Shown one piece after another: positions 11,748 through 21,666 of a stretch of 64,000 nucleotides of DNA. The notes under the pieces are model-generated. The model was not told the origin of the DNA, did not search any database, and saw only the letters and a program-made list of their open reading frames with translations. Both the position numbers and the translations under genes were made by a program. Origin of the DNA: Terriglobia bacterium (GTDB taxonomy: Bacteria; Acidobacteriota; Terriglobia; 20CM-2-55-15); contig CBDAOY010000009.1 of assembly GCA_965198225.1 (NCBI GenBank), positions 704,001 to 768,000 on the forward strand, given 5' to 3'. Numbering within the stretch: position 1 is the first letter of the stretch; each line of letters begins with the position of its first letter.

Positions 11748-11975
11748 AAGCTGTCCCGAACGTAGTTGAAACTTTCGATGGCGGTTCGGGTCATCAGTTA
11801 AGCCACCTTGGCTTTGTCGTCGCCGGTGACCGCGTCATTGAGCTTGGCCTGAAGCATCCAGAGATCACGATAGCCCTGGATTCGATGGAAGCCCTTTTCG
11901 GTAGCCAGGAAAGCCGAGGCGGCCCATCGTAGCACCATCTGGCCGTTCCGCCATCGACCGACCCGACGGGTTCGG
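11748..11975 (-). mobile_element. IS256-family 3' remnant
   Basis: RTRRVGRWRNGQMVLRWAASAFLATEKGFHRIQGYRDLWML followed by an IR-like TTTCAACTACGTTCGGGACA. Confidence 0.75.
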
Positions 11976-12024
11976 ATACGGATTCCGGAGTAGTGTTGAG
12001 AGGCATTGTGGAAATGGCTGTCAG

Positions 12025-12099
12025 GAGCCGTATGAACCGAGAGGTTCACGTACGGAGTCTGTGGGGGACTGGAGGTGCGATTCCTCCGGTCTACCCGGC
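12025..12099 (+). ncRNA. Group II intron domain V-VI remnant (no RT ORF)
   Basis: GAGCCGTATGAACCGAGAGGTTCACGTACGG..GTGGGGG..CTACCCGGC fits the DV/DVI consensus. Confidence 0.85.
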
Positions 12100-12315
12100 G
12101 GTGTGTACGGCCATGTGGGCTCGTTCTCTTGCGGTTCCAAAACGTCTACGGGGCACTGTCAACTTAACGAGCCCGAGCCAGCCAGAGGGCGTGTTGATAA
12201 GAAATCAGTCCGGCGGCGACTGCGCCGATATGGAGCGCCCTGAGAACAGCGCCCGCGACACCGGTTCGGGTGCCGGTCCACTGCGCCGGCTTCATGGGGA
12301 CATGGCGAAGGCGTC

Positions 12316-13032
12316 TCACAGCCGCCGTGCCGCCCAGACGACGCGACCGATGACGTGGACCTCATCAGCGTTGCGTTCGTAGGTGTCGTATTCGGGATTC
12401 ACCGATTTGATGATCACCTTCGGCGGCTCGGAGTGGGGCGCGTGCTCGATCCGCTTGGCGACCAGACCCATCCCGTCCCAGATCACGAAGATGCCGGGCG
12501 GGACGGGAATGCGCTGGCCGGCATCGATCAGGATGCGGTCCCCGGCTGACAGCAGCGGCTCCATTGAATCCCCGTCGATGGCGATCATCCGGAGATCGGC
12601 CGGGCGGGCGCGGAATTCGTGCCGGATGACGGGATCGGCGAAGAACCACATCTCCCGGGTTTCCTCGAACCCTTCGTTCACAGCCCCCGGCCCCGCCGCG
12701 GCGCGGACATCGATCTCTGGAACCGCCACGTAGCCCTCCGGCGGGCTGGCCAGCACGCTGGGCTGCATCACTGCTCTTTCTTTGCGGGGAGCCGGCTTCG
12801 TACGCGGCTTCCGGGGCGGTGGCGTTGCGTGTTTGAGCTCTTCGGACCGACAGCCGAGATGCGCCGCCAGCGCGCCGCGGTCGTGCTCGGACAGGATCCT
12901 GGGCGTGCCGCGGTAGATGAACTGATGCAGATAGGCCGCGTTGCGGCCCATCGTGAGCGAGGCGTTCTTGAGGTCGCTGCCGCGGTCCTGGATCAACTGG
13001 AGGACCGTGAGCCGCACCGGGTCGAGATCCAT
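12316..13032 (-). CDS. cI/LexA-like repressor with S24 autopeptidase domain
   Basis: N-terminal HTH, AAAG cleavage site, GDSMEP Ser and AKRI Lys; GGAGG RBS before the ATG at 13032. Confidence 0.9.
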   Translation of the reverse strand: MDLDPVRLTVLQLIQDRGSDLKNASLTMGRNAAYLHQFIYRGTPRILSEHDRGALAAHLGCRSEELKHATPPPRKPRTKPAPRKERAVMQPSVLASPPEGYVAVPEIDVRAAAGPGAVNEGFEETREMWFFADPVIRHEFRARPADLRMIAIDGDSMEPLLSAGDRILIDAGQRIPVPPGIFVIWDGMGLVAKRIEHAPHSEPPKVIIKSVNPEYDTYERNADEVHVIGRVVWAARRL

Positions 13033-13121
13033 GGCAAGCCTCCTTCCATAATTCATTGATAGGAAATTAACAATCTTTTCTGATTGACGCAATAGGAATC
13101 CTTGTCTTGAATGTTCCTATC
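13033..13121. promoter_or_regulatory. Divergent promoter/operator region (lambda-like switch)
   Basis: AT-rich; ATAGGAA twice plus inverted TTCCTAT; TTGACG near 13084. Confidence 0.6.
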
Positions 13122-13385
13122 ATGAAAACCCTGACCGAACAGTTCCATACGGCAGTCGAGGAGTTCCTCGAGCGCACCGGCTTCAAGCCGACGGAATTCG
13201 GGCGGCAGGCCGTCGGGGACCCCTCGCTGGTGCTGAATCTGCGCCGCGGACGCTCGCCGACACTGGCGACGGCCGACCGGATCCTCGCCTTCATGGAGGC
13301 GTGTGACCGGGAAAGCGGGCCGCGGCGGGCGGGAAGCGGCGATGGGGATTTTCCTCATATAACGATCGGGCGGGTCGATGACTGA
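13122..13385 (+). CDS. Cro-like HTH regulator
   Basis: VEEFLERTGFKPTEFGRQAVGDPSLVLNLRRGRSPTLATADRI; divergent from the repressor. Confidence 0.8.
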   Translation: MKTLTEQFHTAVEEFLERTGFKPTEFGRQAVGDPSLVLNLRRGRSPTLATADRILAFMEACDRESGPRRAGSGDGDFPHITIGRVDD

Positions 13386-13623
13386 GATCTTCAAGCCCGA
13401 TGTGGACGCGGCGCCCCGAATTCTGCGTCTGCCGGAGGTCCGGGCCCGCACGGGCCTGTCCCGCAGCACCCTCTATCTGCGCATGGCCGAGGGCCGCTTT
13501 CCGAAACCCATAGCACTGGGTGAGCGGGCGGTCGGCTGGATCGAGGCGGAAGTCGATGCGTGGCTGCACCGGCAGATCGCGGCCAGCCGCCGTGCGCGGC
13601 CTCGGGGAGGCCGGACCCCATGA
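13378..13623 (+). CDS. alpA: AlpA-family regulator/excisionase-like protein
   Basis: RILRLPEVRARTGLSRSTLY..FPKPIALGERAVGWIEAEV. Confidence 0.9.
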   Translation: MTEIFKPDVDAAPRILRLPEVRARTGLSRSTLYLRMAEGRFPKPIALGERAVGWIEAEVDAWLHRQIAASRRARPRGGRTP

Positions 13624-13692
13624 GGGCGGCGCTCGGAACCGCGGCGCTAACGGGGGCCATGGAATGATCCGGGGCCAGGAGAGGGAGAAAAC

Positions 13693-13884
13693 ATGATTCA
13701 CGAGAGAGAAGAGAACGGCGAGAAATACACATCGGTCGAGACCGAGGATGAATTTTGGAAGGCGTTAAACCGTGGGAAGACGGTTGAGCTGACCTGGGAA
13801 CTCGGTGAGCGGATCGGTTTGATGGAAGAGGATGTCGGCACCGTGGAAGAGATTAACGCGGCCAGACACGACCGGCATGACTAG
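13693..13884 (+). CDS. Small acidic hypothetical protein
   Basis: RBS present; conserved in both repeat copies. Confidence 0.65.
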   Translation: MIHEREENGEKYTSVETEDEFWKALNRGKTVELTWELGERIGLMEEDVGTVEEINAARHDRHD

Positions 13885-13901
13885 AGAAACGGAGGGGCTG
13901 C

Positions 13902-14986
13902 ATGGAGAAAAAGACGTTCTGGCAGCGTAGCGAGGACTACGCGAGGAAAGTGAGCGGGGAGATCATCGAGCAGATCAAGGCGGGGGTTGCGCCGTGGCAG
14001 AAGCCGTGGAAGCCGGGGGAGGCGATCAGCGCCGAGAACTTCTCGACCGGCCAGAAGTACACGGGCGGCAACAGCCTTTATCTCATGAGCCGCGCGATCC
14101 GCGACGGACGGGGCGACAACCGTTGGGGCACCTACAACCAGATCCAGGCGGCGGGGGACAGGTTCGCAGAGGCGAGAAAGGGACGAGGGTCTTGTTTTTC
14201 AAGGACCGGACGGCGAGGGCTTTGAAGGACGAGCAGGGCAAGGTGCTCAAGGACAAGGACGGCAAGACGATCTACGAAGAAGAGCAGCAGGCTTATCCGA
14301 TGTGCAAACAGTACACGGTGTTCAATGTCGAGCAAGCCGATGGATTGGAGTTGAAGCCGCGCTCTCGACAAGCGCGGCCCGAATGGGACGCCCACCGCGA
14401 CGCGGAGAAGGTGATCGAGGCGGCCGGTCCGGCCGTGCAGCACGTCGCCGGAGATCGCGCCTACTACCGCATGGCCGAGGACAAGGTGGTGCTCCCGGAG
14501 CCGAGTCAGTTCCCCACCCGGAACGGCTACTACCAAACGGCGCTCCATGAATGCGGCCACTCGACCGGCCACCCGGACCGCATGGACCGGGACACGCTCA
14601 AAGAAGGGATGGAGAAGGGGTTTGGATCGCCGGAGTATGCGCGGGAGGAATTGCGGGCCGAGATCAGCGCCATGATGACGGGGGAGCGCATCGGCGTGGG
14701 GCATGACCCGCAGCGTGGTGCCGCCTATGTGAAGGGTTGGGTCGAAGTCCTGGAAAAAGACCCGCATGAGATTCACAGAGCGGCGCGGGACGCGCAGAAG
14801 ATGAGCAATTACCTGATGGATCGTGCGATCGAGCGCGAGGTCGAAGCGCCGGTCCAGGAGAAGACGGCGGCGGAGTTCACCCGACAATACTCTCACGCTC
14901 GCGGCCCACAGATTAGCCATGCCCCGAAGCAACCCACCGAGCAGCCCGCGCACCAACAACAGCGAGACATGGGGCCAGGCCGGTAA
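13902..14986 (+). CDS. ardC: ArdC antirestriction protein (ssDNA-binding + zincin-like domain); G-run frameshift at ~14155 is probably an error
   Basis: PWQKPW, YTVFNVEQ, ALHECGHSTGH, YAREELRAE. Copy 1 has G6 (in frame) where this copy has G5. Confidence 0.88.
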
Positions 14987-14995
14987 GGAGGGACC

Positions 14996-15892
14996 ATGTT
15001 CGATCCGCGAGACTTCACCCCCGACCCCCGTAGGAGCGTCAACCTCCCCAGGCGCGATCACGCGAAGGAGCGAGAACAGCAGCAGCGTGACGGCCACAGG
15101 CGCGAATACGATCCGCGCCCGGAGCATCAGACGTTCGAGGGGCGTGTGAATCGAGCCTTAGCGGACGTGGGGATATACCGCAGCGTTGCCTACCGCGACT
15201 TGGCCGAAGCTCATTTCGACGGGCACCCCTACGCGGCGCGCCGCGGCGTGGATCGGATGGTTCGCGCCGGACACGTCCGGGAGCATACCGCCCGTGGACC
15301 GCATGGCGGCACCTACAAGGTACTCACGCTCACCGAGCGCGGAGTGGAGCGGGCGGAGGGGATCGCCCGCGAACAAGGACTCGACAAAGAGCAGAAGGCA
15401 TGGAGCGGCCTCGTGAAACGCGGGGAACTTCAACATGACGTGGCCGTGTTTCGAGCCGCGAGGATCGAGCAGGTGCGGCTACTCGAACAAGGAGCCGTCT
15501 TGAAGCGCATCCGTATTGATGCCGAACTCAAACGCGAGATCGCCCGCGCCACGGAAACCGCGAGGGCGCGAGACGGGAAGAAGGCGGCGGATGCCGCCCG
15601 GTTCAAGGCAGCGGAAGAGTTGGGGCTTCCCGTCAAGGATGGACGGGTCGAGTACCCGGACGCGCAGCTGGAGTACCACGACATCGAGGGCCGCACCGGG
15701 CGCGTCAATGTCGAGATTGCGACCGAGCACTACAGCGCCAGGAGTATCGGCGCAAAAGCCGCCGCTGGATTTGTCGTGCATGGAAGCAACGGGCGGGCGG
15801 CGGCACGGGTGGCGCGGGCGCTCGGGCGGGACCACAGCGCCGGAGGCGGAGGTGGTGGGCGCGGACGAGACAAAGGCTCGATCGAACTTTAG
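14996..15892 (+). CDS. Replication-relaxation (Replic_Relax)-like wHTH + PD-(D/E)xK protein
   Basis: wHTH-like VLTLTERG, LQHDVAV, YPDAQLEY, VNVEIATEHY; lies just before the T4SS genes. Confidence 0.55.
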   Translation: MFDPRDFTPDPRRSVNLPRRDHAKEREQQQRDGHRREYDPRPEHQTFEGRVNRALADVGIYRSVAYRDLAEAHFDGHPYAARRGVDRMVRAGHVREHTARGPHGGTYKVLTLTERGVERAEGIAREQGLDKEQKAWSGLVKRGELQHDVAVFRAARIEQVRLLEQGAVLKRIRIDAELKREIARATETARARDGKKAADAARFKAAEELGLPVKDGRVEYPDAQLEYHDIEGRTGRVNVEIATEHYSARSIGAKAAAGFVVHGSNGRAAARVARALGRDHSAGGGGGGRGRDKGSIEL

Positions 15893-15904
15893 AAGGGAGA
15901 TCCC

Positions 15905-16228
15905 ATGCAACCGTGGAAGATCAGTGTCGGACTGACGGCCATCATCATGGCGGCCGCCTTGATGCTCGCCGGCGAGAGCTTTGCTTATCTCAAGCCTTAC
16001 TTCTGGATCATCGTCACCGATCACTGGATGCCCGTCGCGGGGTACGGCGGGCTGGCCCTGGTGACGCTTATGGTCGTCATCTACTCCGCCGCCCGCGCCC
16101 TGGGTCTGGCCGACATGGGCCTCAAGGTCGATCTGATGGAGCGGTCCATTCGGCGGGGCGAGGGCGGACAAGCCGAGTTGGCCGAGAAACTGGAACAAGA
16201 GGACCGGGGGCAGTTTCCCGGAGCCTGA
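15905..16228 (+). CDS. Small membrane protein of the transfer operon
   Basis: Two hydrophobic segments; RBS present. Confidence 0.65.
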   Translation: MQPWKISVGLTAIIMAAALMLAGESFAYLKPYFWIIVTDHWMPVAGYGGLALVTLMVVIYSAARALGLADMGLKVDLMERSIRRGEGGQAELAEKLEQEDRGQFPGA

Positions 16229-16261
16229 AAGCGAACGACCCATCACACACGGAGGGAAAGC

Positions 16262-16592
16262 ATGAACCCCAAGAACTCAATCATCTGGAAGCGAGGCGCC
16301 CTCCTGGCGGGCTGGCGTCCTTGTCGTCATCTACTCCGCCGCCCGCGCCCGGCGGACAGAACTCATGGCCCAGGGCGTGAGCCCCTGGCTGCAGGCCGTG
16401 GATGTTCTCGAACAGGCGTTCACCGGACCGTTCACCGGACCCATTGCGCGAGGACTGAGCTTGATCGCCATTGTGGTTGGCGGGATCATGTTCGCCTTTG
16501 GCGAGGGCGGCAGCAAAAAGGCCCTGGCCGGGATCATCTTCGGCCTGGGCATGGCCATGGGCGCGGCGAACTTCATGGCGTGGCTCTTCTGA
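16262..16592 (+). CDS. virB2: TrbC/VirB2 pilin (5' part disrupted)
   Basis: SPWLQAVDVLEQAFTGP..IARGLSLIAIVVGGIMFAFGEGGSKK. Confidence 0.8.
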
Positions 16593-16888
16593 TGGAGCGC
16601 GGCAAGACATGGCGCGGATATCCCGCGCTCAGCAAGCCGCTCACGATCATGGGGGTCGAGCGGCGCTGGTTCCTGTTGAGCGCGACCCTGGGCCTTTCCA
16701 TGTGGAACGCCATCAACTCCATTGTGACGGGCGGGGTGATCTTCGGGGTGCTTTACGGGGCGGGATTCTGGGCCTGGAAGCAAGACCCGAACATGCTTGA
16801 AATCTTGCGGGCGTCCGCAAAGTTTCACGCCCGCTACGATCCCGGCAAGTGGGCGGATGCGCCCTGGACGCTCCGGATTCGGAGATAG
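16592..16888 (+). CDS. virB3: VirB3-family protein
   Basis: ALSKPLTIMGVERRWF, two TM segments, DP motif; lies between virB2 and virB4. Confidence 0.8.
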   Translation: MERGKTWRGYPALSKPLTIMGVERRWFLLSATLGLSMWNAINSIVTGGVIFGVLYGAGFWAWKQDPNMLEILRASAKFHARYDPGKWADAPWTLRIRR

Positions 16889-16891
16889 CTC

Positions 16892-19315
16892 ATGAATGTG
16901 GACAACGAACTATTGGACTACGGCGCGGCGGGATCGCTGGCCGAGGAACTGCCCTGGTGGGGTTGGCTCGAAGACGGGCGCACCTGTCTGACGCGAAGCG
17001 GCGAACTGATGACGATCGGGCGGCTTGCGCCGAGTGTTTTGGACGGCCAGACCCCCGAACAACTGGACCGGGTGATCGACCGCTGGCAGCGCATGTTGAG
17101 CGGCCTCGATTCCCGGACCCGGCTTTACTTCTACCTGTTGCGCCGTCCGGTCCGCTTTGCAGACGATGCAGACGGTTCGGCATCGAGCGTGGCCGCACTG
17201 GGACGGCGAAAGCGTCATGCGTTCTTATCCGAGCGAGTGCAGGACGTGAGCGTCTACGTCGCGTGGGCGCACGATCCGCAACTCTCCGCCGTGGCGACGG
17301 CCCGGACGGACGGGCCGTGGTGGATGGCCACTGCCAGGAACTGGATGGCGCGGCGGCGCAACCCGCATGAATCCGTTTACCTCCATTCCTCTATCGAGGG
17401 AGCGGCGGCGGCGTTCCGGCAGTTAGTCGAAGCCAGCCGGGCGCTGGTCGATGATCTGACGCCGTTGCGGGTGCTCGAAGCGCCGGAGGCGTCCCGGGTG
17501 TTGAACGAACTCACCAACCGCCCCGGAACCTTCTGGGACGGTGCGACCGGAAGCGGGATGAACTGGCGGCTGGCCGTCTCCGAGCTCGAAGCGGAGCGCC
17601 GTCACCTACGCCTGGACGGGGAGCCCGTCATTTTGTACTCGCTGCTTTCTCCTCCCGGTGCGGCTCACGCGAATCTTCTCGAGGGTCTTTACCGGCTCGA
17701 CGCGACGATGACGGTGACGCTCGAATGGCGGCCGCAGCGCCTTGATGCCGCAAGGCGCAAGATCCGGGGGGCGCAGCGGCATTACTTCTCGAAACGTTAT
17801 TCGATGGCCGCGCACGTTCAGGAGACCGAGGGCACATCGGTAGCGATGGAGGACACGGCGGCGGCGGCGGAATCCGACCGGCTGGGCGATGCCCTGGTCG
17901 AGCTGGAGACGGAGGGGATCGCCTACGGCGACTTTGCCCTGACCGTGGCGATCCACGGCTCGCTATCCGAGACCGAAAGCCTGGACGGGGATATTCGCCG
18001 CATCTTCGCAAGCCATGACGCGAAGGTGATCCGGGAGGGTTCCGGGCAGCTTCCGGCCTGGTTCTCGAGGATGCCCGCGCAACCGCGACGGCGGCAGGTC
18101 CGATCCGTGTTTGTATCGGCGGGTGCGGTGGCGTGCATGGCCCCGATCTTCGGGCCTCCGGTGGGAACGCCCCAGAGCGGCCACCTGCGGCAAGGCGCGC
18201 TGGCGATCCTTGAGACGCAATGGAAGACCCCCTACCACTACGATCTGTTTGCCGGCGACGTGGGACATACGCTGGTACTGGGGGCGACCGGCGCCGGTAA
18301 GAGCTTTTCGTTGAACTTCCTGCTGGTCCAGGCGCTCCAATACGATCCGCGTGTGCTCATCCTCGATCTGGGAGGCTCCTATCGCTGGCTGACGCAGTTT
18401 CTAGGGGGCGGCTATATGGAGCTATCGCCCGAAGGAGGCGGGAGCGCGGGTTTTCGGCTGCGCCCCTTCTCGCTCCCGGCGGGGGAGCGGACCTTCCAAT
18501 TTCTCACCGGCTGGATATCGCGTCTCTTGAGAATCGGCGGGTGGAACCTCAGTGGCGAAGACCCGAGCGAGATCCGCTCCCGCGTCGAAGACCTCTACGC
18601 CTTCGCACCCGACCGGCGGACCCTGGGGGTGCTGGTCCGTTCCCTTCCGGCAAAGATGTGGCCCGCTCTGGGGCGCTGGCACGGAGACGGGGCGTGGGCG
18701 AAATACTTTGACAACCCGGCGGACGGAGACGACCTCAACTTTGCCGACTGGCAGGTGATCGACCTGGCGGGCGCGGCGGAGCACGAAGACTTGTGCGAAG
18801 CGGCGCTGTTTTACTTACTGGAACGGTTGCGCCTCGCCCTGGAAAATCCCGATGAAACGGCCCGCGTGAAACTCATGGTGGTCGATGAAGCCTGGCGCTA
18901 CCTGCAAGATCCGGCAGTCCTTTCCTATCTCGCGGAAGCGGCGAAAACCTGGCGCAAGAAGAACGCCGCTTTAATCATGGCGACTCAATCCGCCGTGGAC
19001 GTGACCGGGACCGCAGGGGCGGAAGCGTTGCTGGAGTCCATGCCGACCAAGCTTTTTCTCGCCAATCCGGACTTGCCGGAGAAAGCCGCCGAGACCTTCC
19101 GGCTGAACCCTTCGGAAGTGAACACCATTCGCGGCCTGATCCCCAAGCGGGAGCTTTACCTGCGCCGCACCGACGCGGCGGGCATCCTGCGCCTTGAAGT
19201 CGATCCGGCCAGCTATTGGCTCTATACCTCGTCGCCCGTTGATGCTCAGAAACGGGCCGCGGCGGTCCAACAATACGGCCTCGCCGAGGCCATTGAACAC
19301 CTATCGAGGAGGTAG
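16892..19315 (+). CDS. virB4: VirB4/TrbE T4SS ATPase
   Basis: GHTLVLGATGAGKS, VVDEAWRYL, RKKNAALIMATQS. Confidence 0.93.
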   Translation: MNVDNELLDYGAAGSLAEELPWWGWLEDGRTCLTRSGELMTIGRLAPSVLDGQTPEQLDRVIDRWQRMLSGLDSRTRLYFYLLRRPVRFADDADGSASSVAALGRRKRHAFLSERVQDVSVYVAWAHDPQLSAVATARTDGPWWMATARNWMARRRNPHESVYLHSSIEGAAAAFRQLVEASRALVDDLTPLRVLEAPEASRVLNELTNRPGTFWDGATGSGMNWRLAVSELEAERRHLRLDGEPVILYSLLSPPGAAHANLLEGLYRLDATMTVTLEWRPQRLDAARRKIRGAQRHYFSKRYSMAAHVQETEGTSVAMEDTAAAAESDRLGDALVELETEGIAYGDFALTVAIHGSLSETESLDGDIRRIFASHDAKVIREGSGQLPAWFSRMPAQPRRRQVRSVFVSAGAVACMAPIFGPPVGTPQSGHLRQGALAILETQWKTPYHYDLFAGDVGHTLVLGATGAGKSFSLNFLLVQALQYDPRVLILDLGGSYRWLTQFLGGGYMELSPEGGGSAGFRLRPFSLPAGERTFQFLTGWISRLLRIGGWNLSGEDPSEIRSRVEDLYAFAPDRRTLGVLVRSLPAKMWPALGRWHGDGAWAKYFDNPADGDDLNFADWQVIDLAGAAEHEDLCEAALFYLLERLRLALENPDETARVKLMVVDEAWRYLQDPAVLSYLAEAAKTWRKKNAALIMATQSAVDVTGTAGAEALLESMPTKLFLANPDLPEKAAETFRLNPSEVNTIRGLIPKRELYLRRTDAAGILRLEVDPASYWLYTSSPVDAQKRAAAVQQYGLAEAIEHLSRR

Positions 19316-19318
19316 CTT

Positions 19319-20164
19319 ATGTTGAAAATTATTCCACCGGCTGTGGCGGCGGCGATTCTCGCCCTGTCGGTGCCGTTGATCGCACAGGACGGAGACGCGG
19401 TGTTGCGGATCATCGAAGCCGAAGATCAAATCGTCCAGATCCGGGCCCGGACCCGGCACACCACCGTCATCGTGCTTCCCGCGACGGAAACCGTGCTGGA
19501 TTTTGTCGTGGGCGATTCCGAGTATTGGCACCTGACCGGAGCCGCGAATCTGGCTTTCCTCAAGCCCATCGCCGAGGGCGTGACGACCAACGTCGCGCTC
19601 GTGTGCGCGTCCGGGCGGATCTATTCGTTCCTCGTCACCGAGAGCGGCGCGGGAGATCCGCATCTGGTGGTCCGCGTCGAGGAGCAGGGGGGCGCCGACC
19701 CGCGCATCTCGCCGACCGGCCATGAGCCCGCCTTTGTCGCACGGAGCCAGGTGGCGGCCTATCAGCAAATGGCGGAGTCGGCGATCGAGACGGCCCGGGC
19801 CGCTCAGGTGGACGCCGATGCCCGGATCGCGGACGCGGTGGCGCTCGCGGCGGAAGAAACAGAGGCGTTCCGGGCGGAGTATCCCACCCGGCTCAAGTTC
19901 TCCTACCGATTGGAGGATGACGCGCTCAAGTGGCCGTTCCTGGTCGAGGGGATGTGGCACGACGGGCGCTTTACCTACCTTCGCTCTAACGCCCAGGAGT
20001 CGCCCACCCTCTACGAAGAGAAAGACGGCCAACCGGCGCTCGTGGCCTACGACCTCGGCGAGGACGGGCTGTACATCGCCCGGCACGTCTTAGGTGACGG
20101 ATGGTTGCAGATCGGCAAACAGAGAGTCCGGTGGCGCTTCACCGCGCCGGAGATCGGGCCGTGA
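19319..20164 (+). CDS. virB9: VirB9/TrbG outer-membrane core protein
   Basis: Signal peptide; VGDSEYW..FLKP..TTN; MWHDGRFTYL. Confidence 0.85.
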   Translation: MLKIIPPAVAAAILALSVPLIAQDGDAVLRIIEAEDQIVQIRARTRHTTVIVLPATETVLDFVVGDSEYWHLTGAANLAFLKPIAEGVTTNVALVCASGRIYSFLVTESGAGDPHLVVRVEEQGGADPRISPTGHEPAFVARSQVAAYQQMAESAIETARAAQVDADARIADAVALAAEETEAFRAEYPTRLKFSYRLEDDALKWPFLVEGMWHDGRFTYLRSNAQESPTLYEEKDGQPALVAYDLGEDGLYIARHVLGDGWLQIGKQRVRWRFTAPEIGP

Positions 20165-20957
20165 GCGGGTGGCGGCGGCTCTATGCGAAACCGGCGGGCT
20201 CGCTGCCGGGCGGGATTGTCACTCAATGGGGCGTCGGGATCATCACCATCCTGGTCCTCCTGCTTCTGAGCGCCTACATCTATTTCGGGGGCGGTGAGGA
20301 AGCGGAGCTTGAGGAGGGCGCGGAGACGGTGCAGGACCTTCGCCTACGTCGATCCGGGGCACAGTACCGCTTCGGAATTGCACTCCTGGGGAGCCGCGCA
20401 TGGACCGCTTTGGGATGCGTTGCGGAAGACAGGGCGGCAGGTTCGGGTGATCGCCATTGGCGCTGAAAACAAGACGGTCGAGCGGGCGGAGCGGGTGTTG
20501 CGGGCATGGCAGCCGGCAGCGCATCTTGGTGCCGCGAGGGACGCGAGTCATCGGCACGGCTCAGGCCGTGGCGAACCAGGATCAATCGCGCCTTGCCGTC
20601 AGTTTCCACCGCTTGATCTACCCGGACGGGCGTTGGGTGTCACTGGAATTTCACGGGCTCAATCAACTCGGCGAGGGAGCCTTGAAAGATCAGGTGAACC
20701 GCCACTACTTTTCCATGTTCGCCGCTGTCGGGGCGGTCGGTGTCCTCAGTGGACTGACGGCGGCGGGCGGCAACCCTTACGAGGGCGGCGTGGCGGGCTT
20801 CGGGGCCGGTGCCGGGCAAGGGCTCGGCCAGGCTGCGACGCGCATCCTGGACCGTTTCCTGAATCGTTTACCCACCATCACCATCCGTGCCGGGCACCGG
20901 CTTCGCGTTTGGTTCACGTCCGACGTGCGGGTTCCCCGGCCCCAACAAGGAGATTGA
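20161..20957 (+). pseudogene. virB10: VirB10/TrbI with its middle replaced by foreign coding sequence (~20335-20510)
   Basis: N-terminal TM; C-terminal ILVPRGTRVIG..GALKDQVNRHY..PTITIRAGHR. Confidence 0.8.
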
Positions 20958-20958
20958 A

Positions 20959-21286
20959 ATGAAAATGTACCGGAAAGTCTTGACCGTTGTGCTCCTGGTT
21001 CCGGTCCTCATCATGCTCACCACTACGCCCGCACATGCCCTCGGCGGCGGACCCGGGGGAGCCAAGCGAAGGGCTGACGGTGAAGCAGGAAATCCAGGCG
21101 ATTGACGAAGCGATGACGCATAAGGACCGGGAATTTCTGGCCCGGTACGGGGGATTCGGTGGAGCCGTGAAACGGTCTGCGGCGCTCCAGAGTCTGCCCG
21201 AAGCGAAGGTGACGGAAGGGGTCTCGATTGACGACTACTCGACCTGGTTTGCGGAGCGATTCGCCGGTCCCGAAGGAACTCGGTAA
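20959..21286 (+). pseudogene. Chimera: signal-peptide N-terminus joined out of frame to the C-terminus of another element gene
   Basis: MKMYRKVLTVVLLVPV..PAHA, then a frame change to AADPGEPSEGLTVKQE. Confidence 0.5.
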
Positions 21287-21335
21287 TGGGGGTCAACAGC
21301 AATGGGAAATGTGGCATGATTCGAGGGATTTTTTC

Positions 21336-21599
21336 TTGCAACACCTTCCGATCCAGGATGCAACACCCTCAGAGAGGGGGGTGTTGCAGGATTCGGACAA
21401 AAGGTGTTGCAATACCACATCCTCCTATCTCCTTAATTCTTTTTTGGTTATCCCATACCAATCGGCCTCCACCGTGCCGATCCAGCGAAATCGGGAAGGA
21501 CGATAGCGACCCCCCTAAAAAGCGCGGGGTCATGTGGCCCCGATAGAGGCGAGGTGTTGCACGCCTCTATCCGGCCCCATGAGGGTCGCTATCGTCCTT
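21336..21599. promoter_or_regulatory. Palindrome-rich intergenic region; oriT/oriV candidate
   Basis: Five TGCAACACC/GGTGTTGCA motifs; nested inverted repeats 21496-21512/21583-21599 and 21542-21551/21562-21571. Confidence 0.5.
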
Positions 21600-21666
21600 A
21601 ATTGATCCCTGCGGGAAGGCTCGGAAAACGCTCCCGGCGGGGCGCTGACGGAAGGGAGACAGACCT

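Noticed and set aside
12025-12099. Retron, DGR or active retroelement
   Set aside because: No reverse transcriptase ORF in the window; only intron DV-DVI remains.
12316-13623. Prophage, suggested by cI/cro/AlpA and the holin-family gene at 59879
   Set aside because: No structural, terminase or lysin genes; the downstream genes are conjugative, and YvlD-like proteins are common chromosomal genes.
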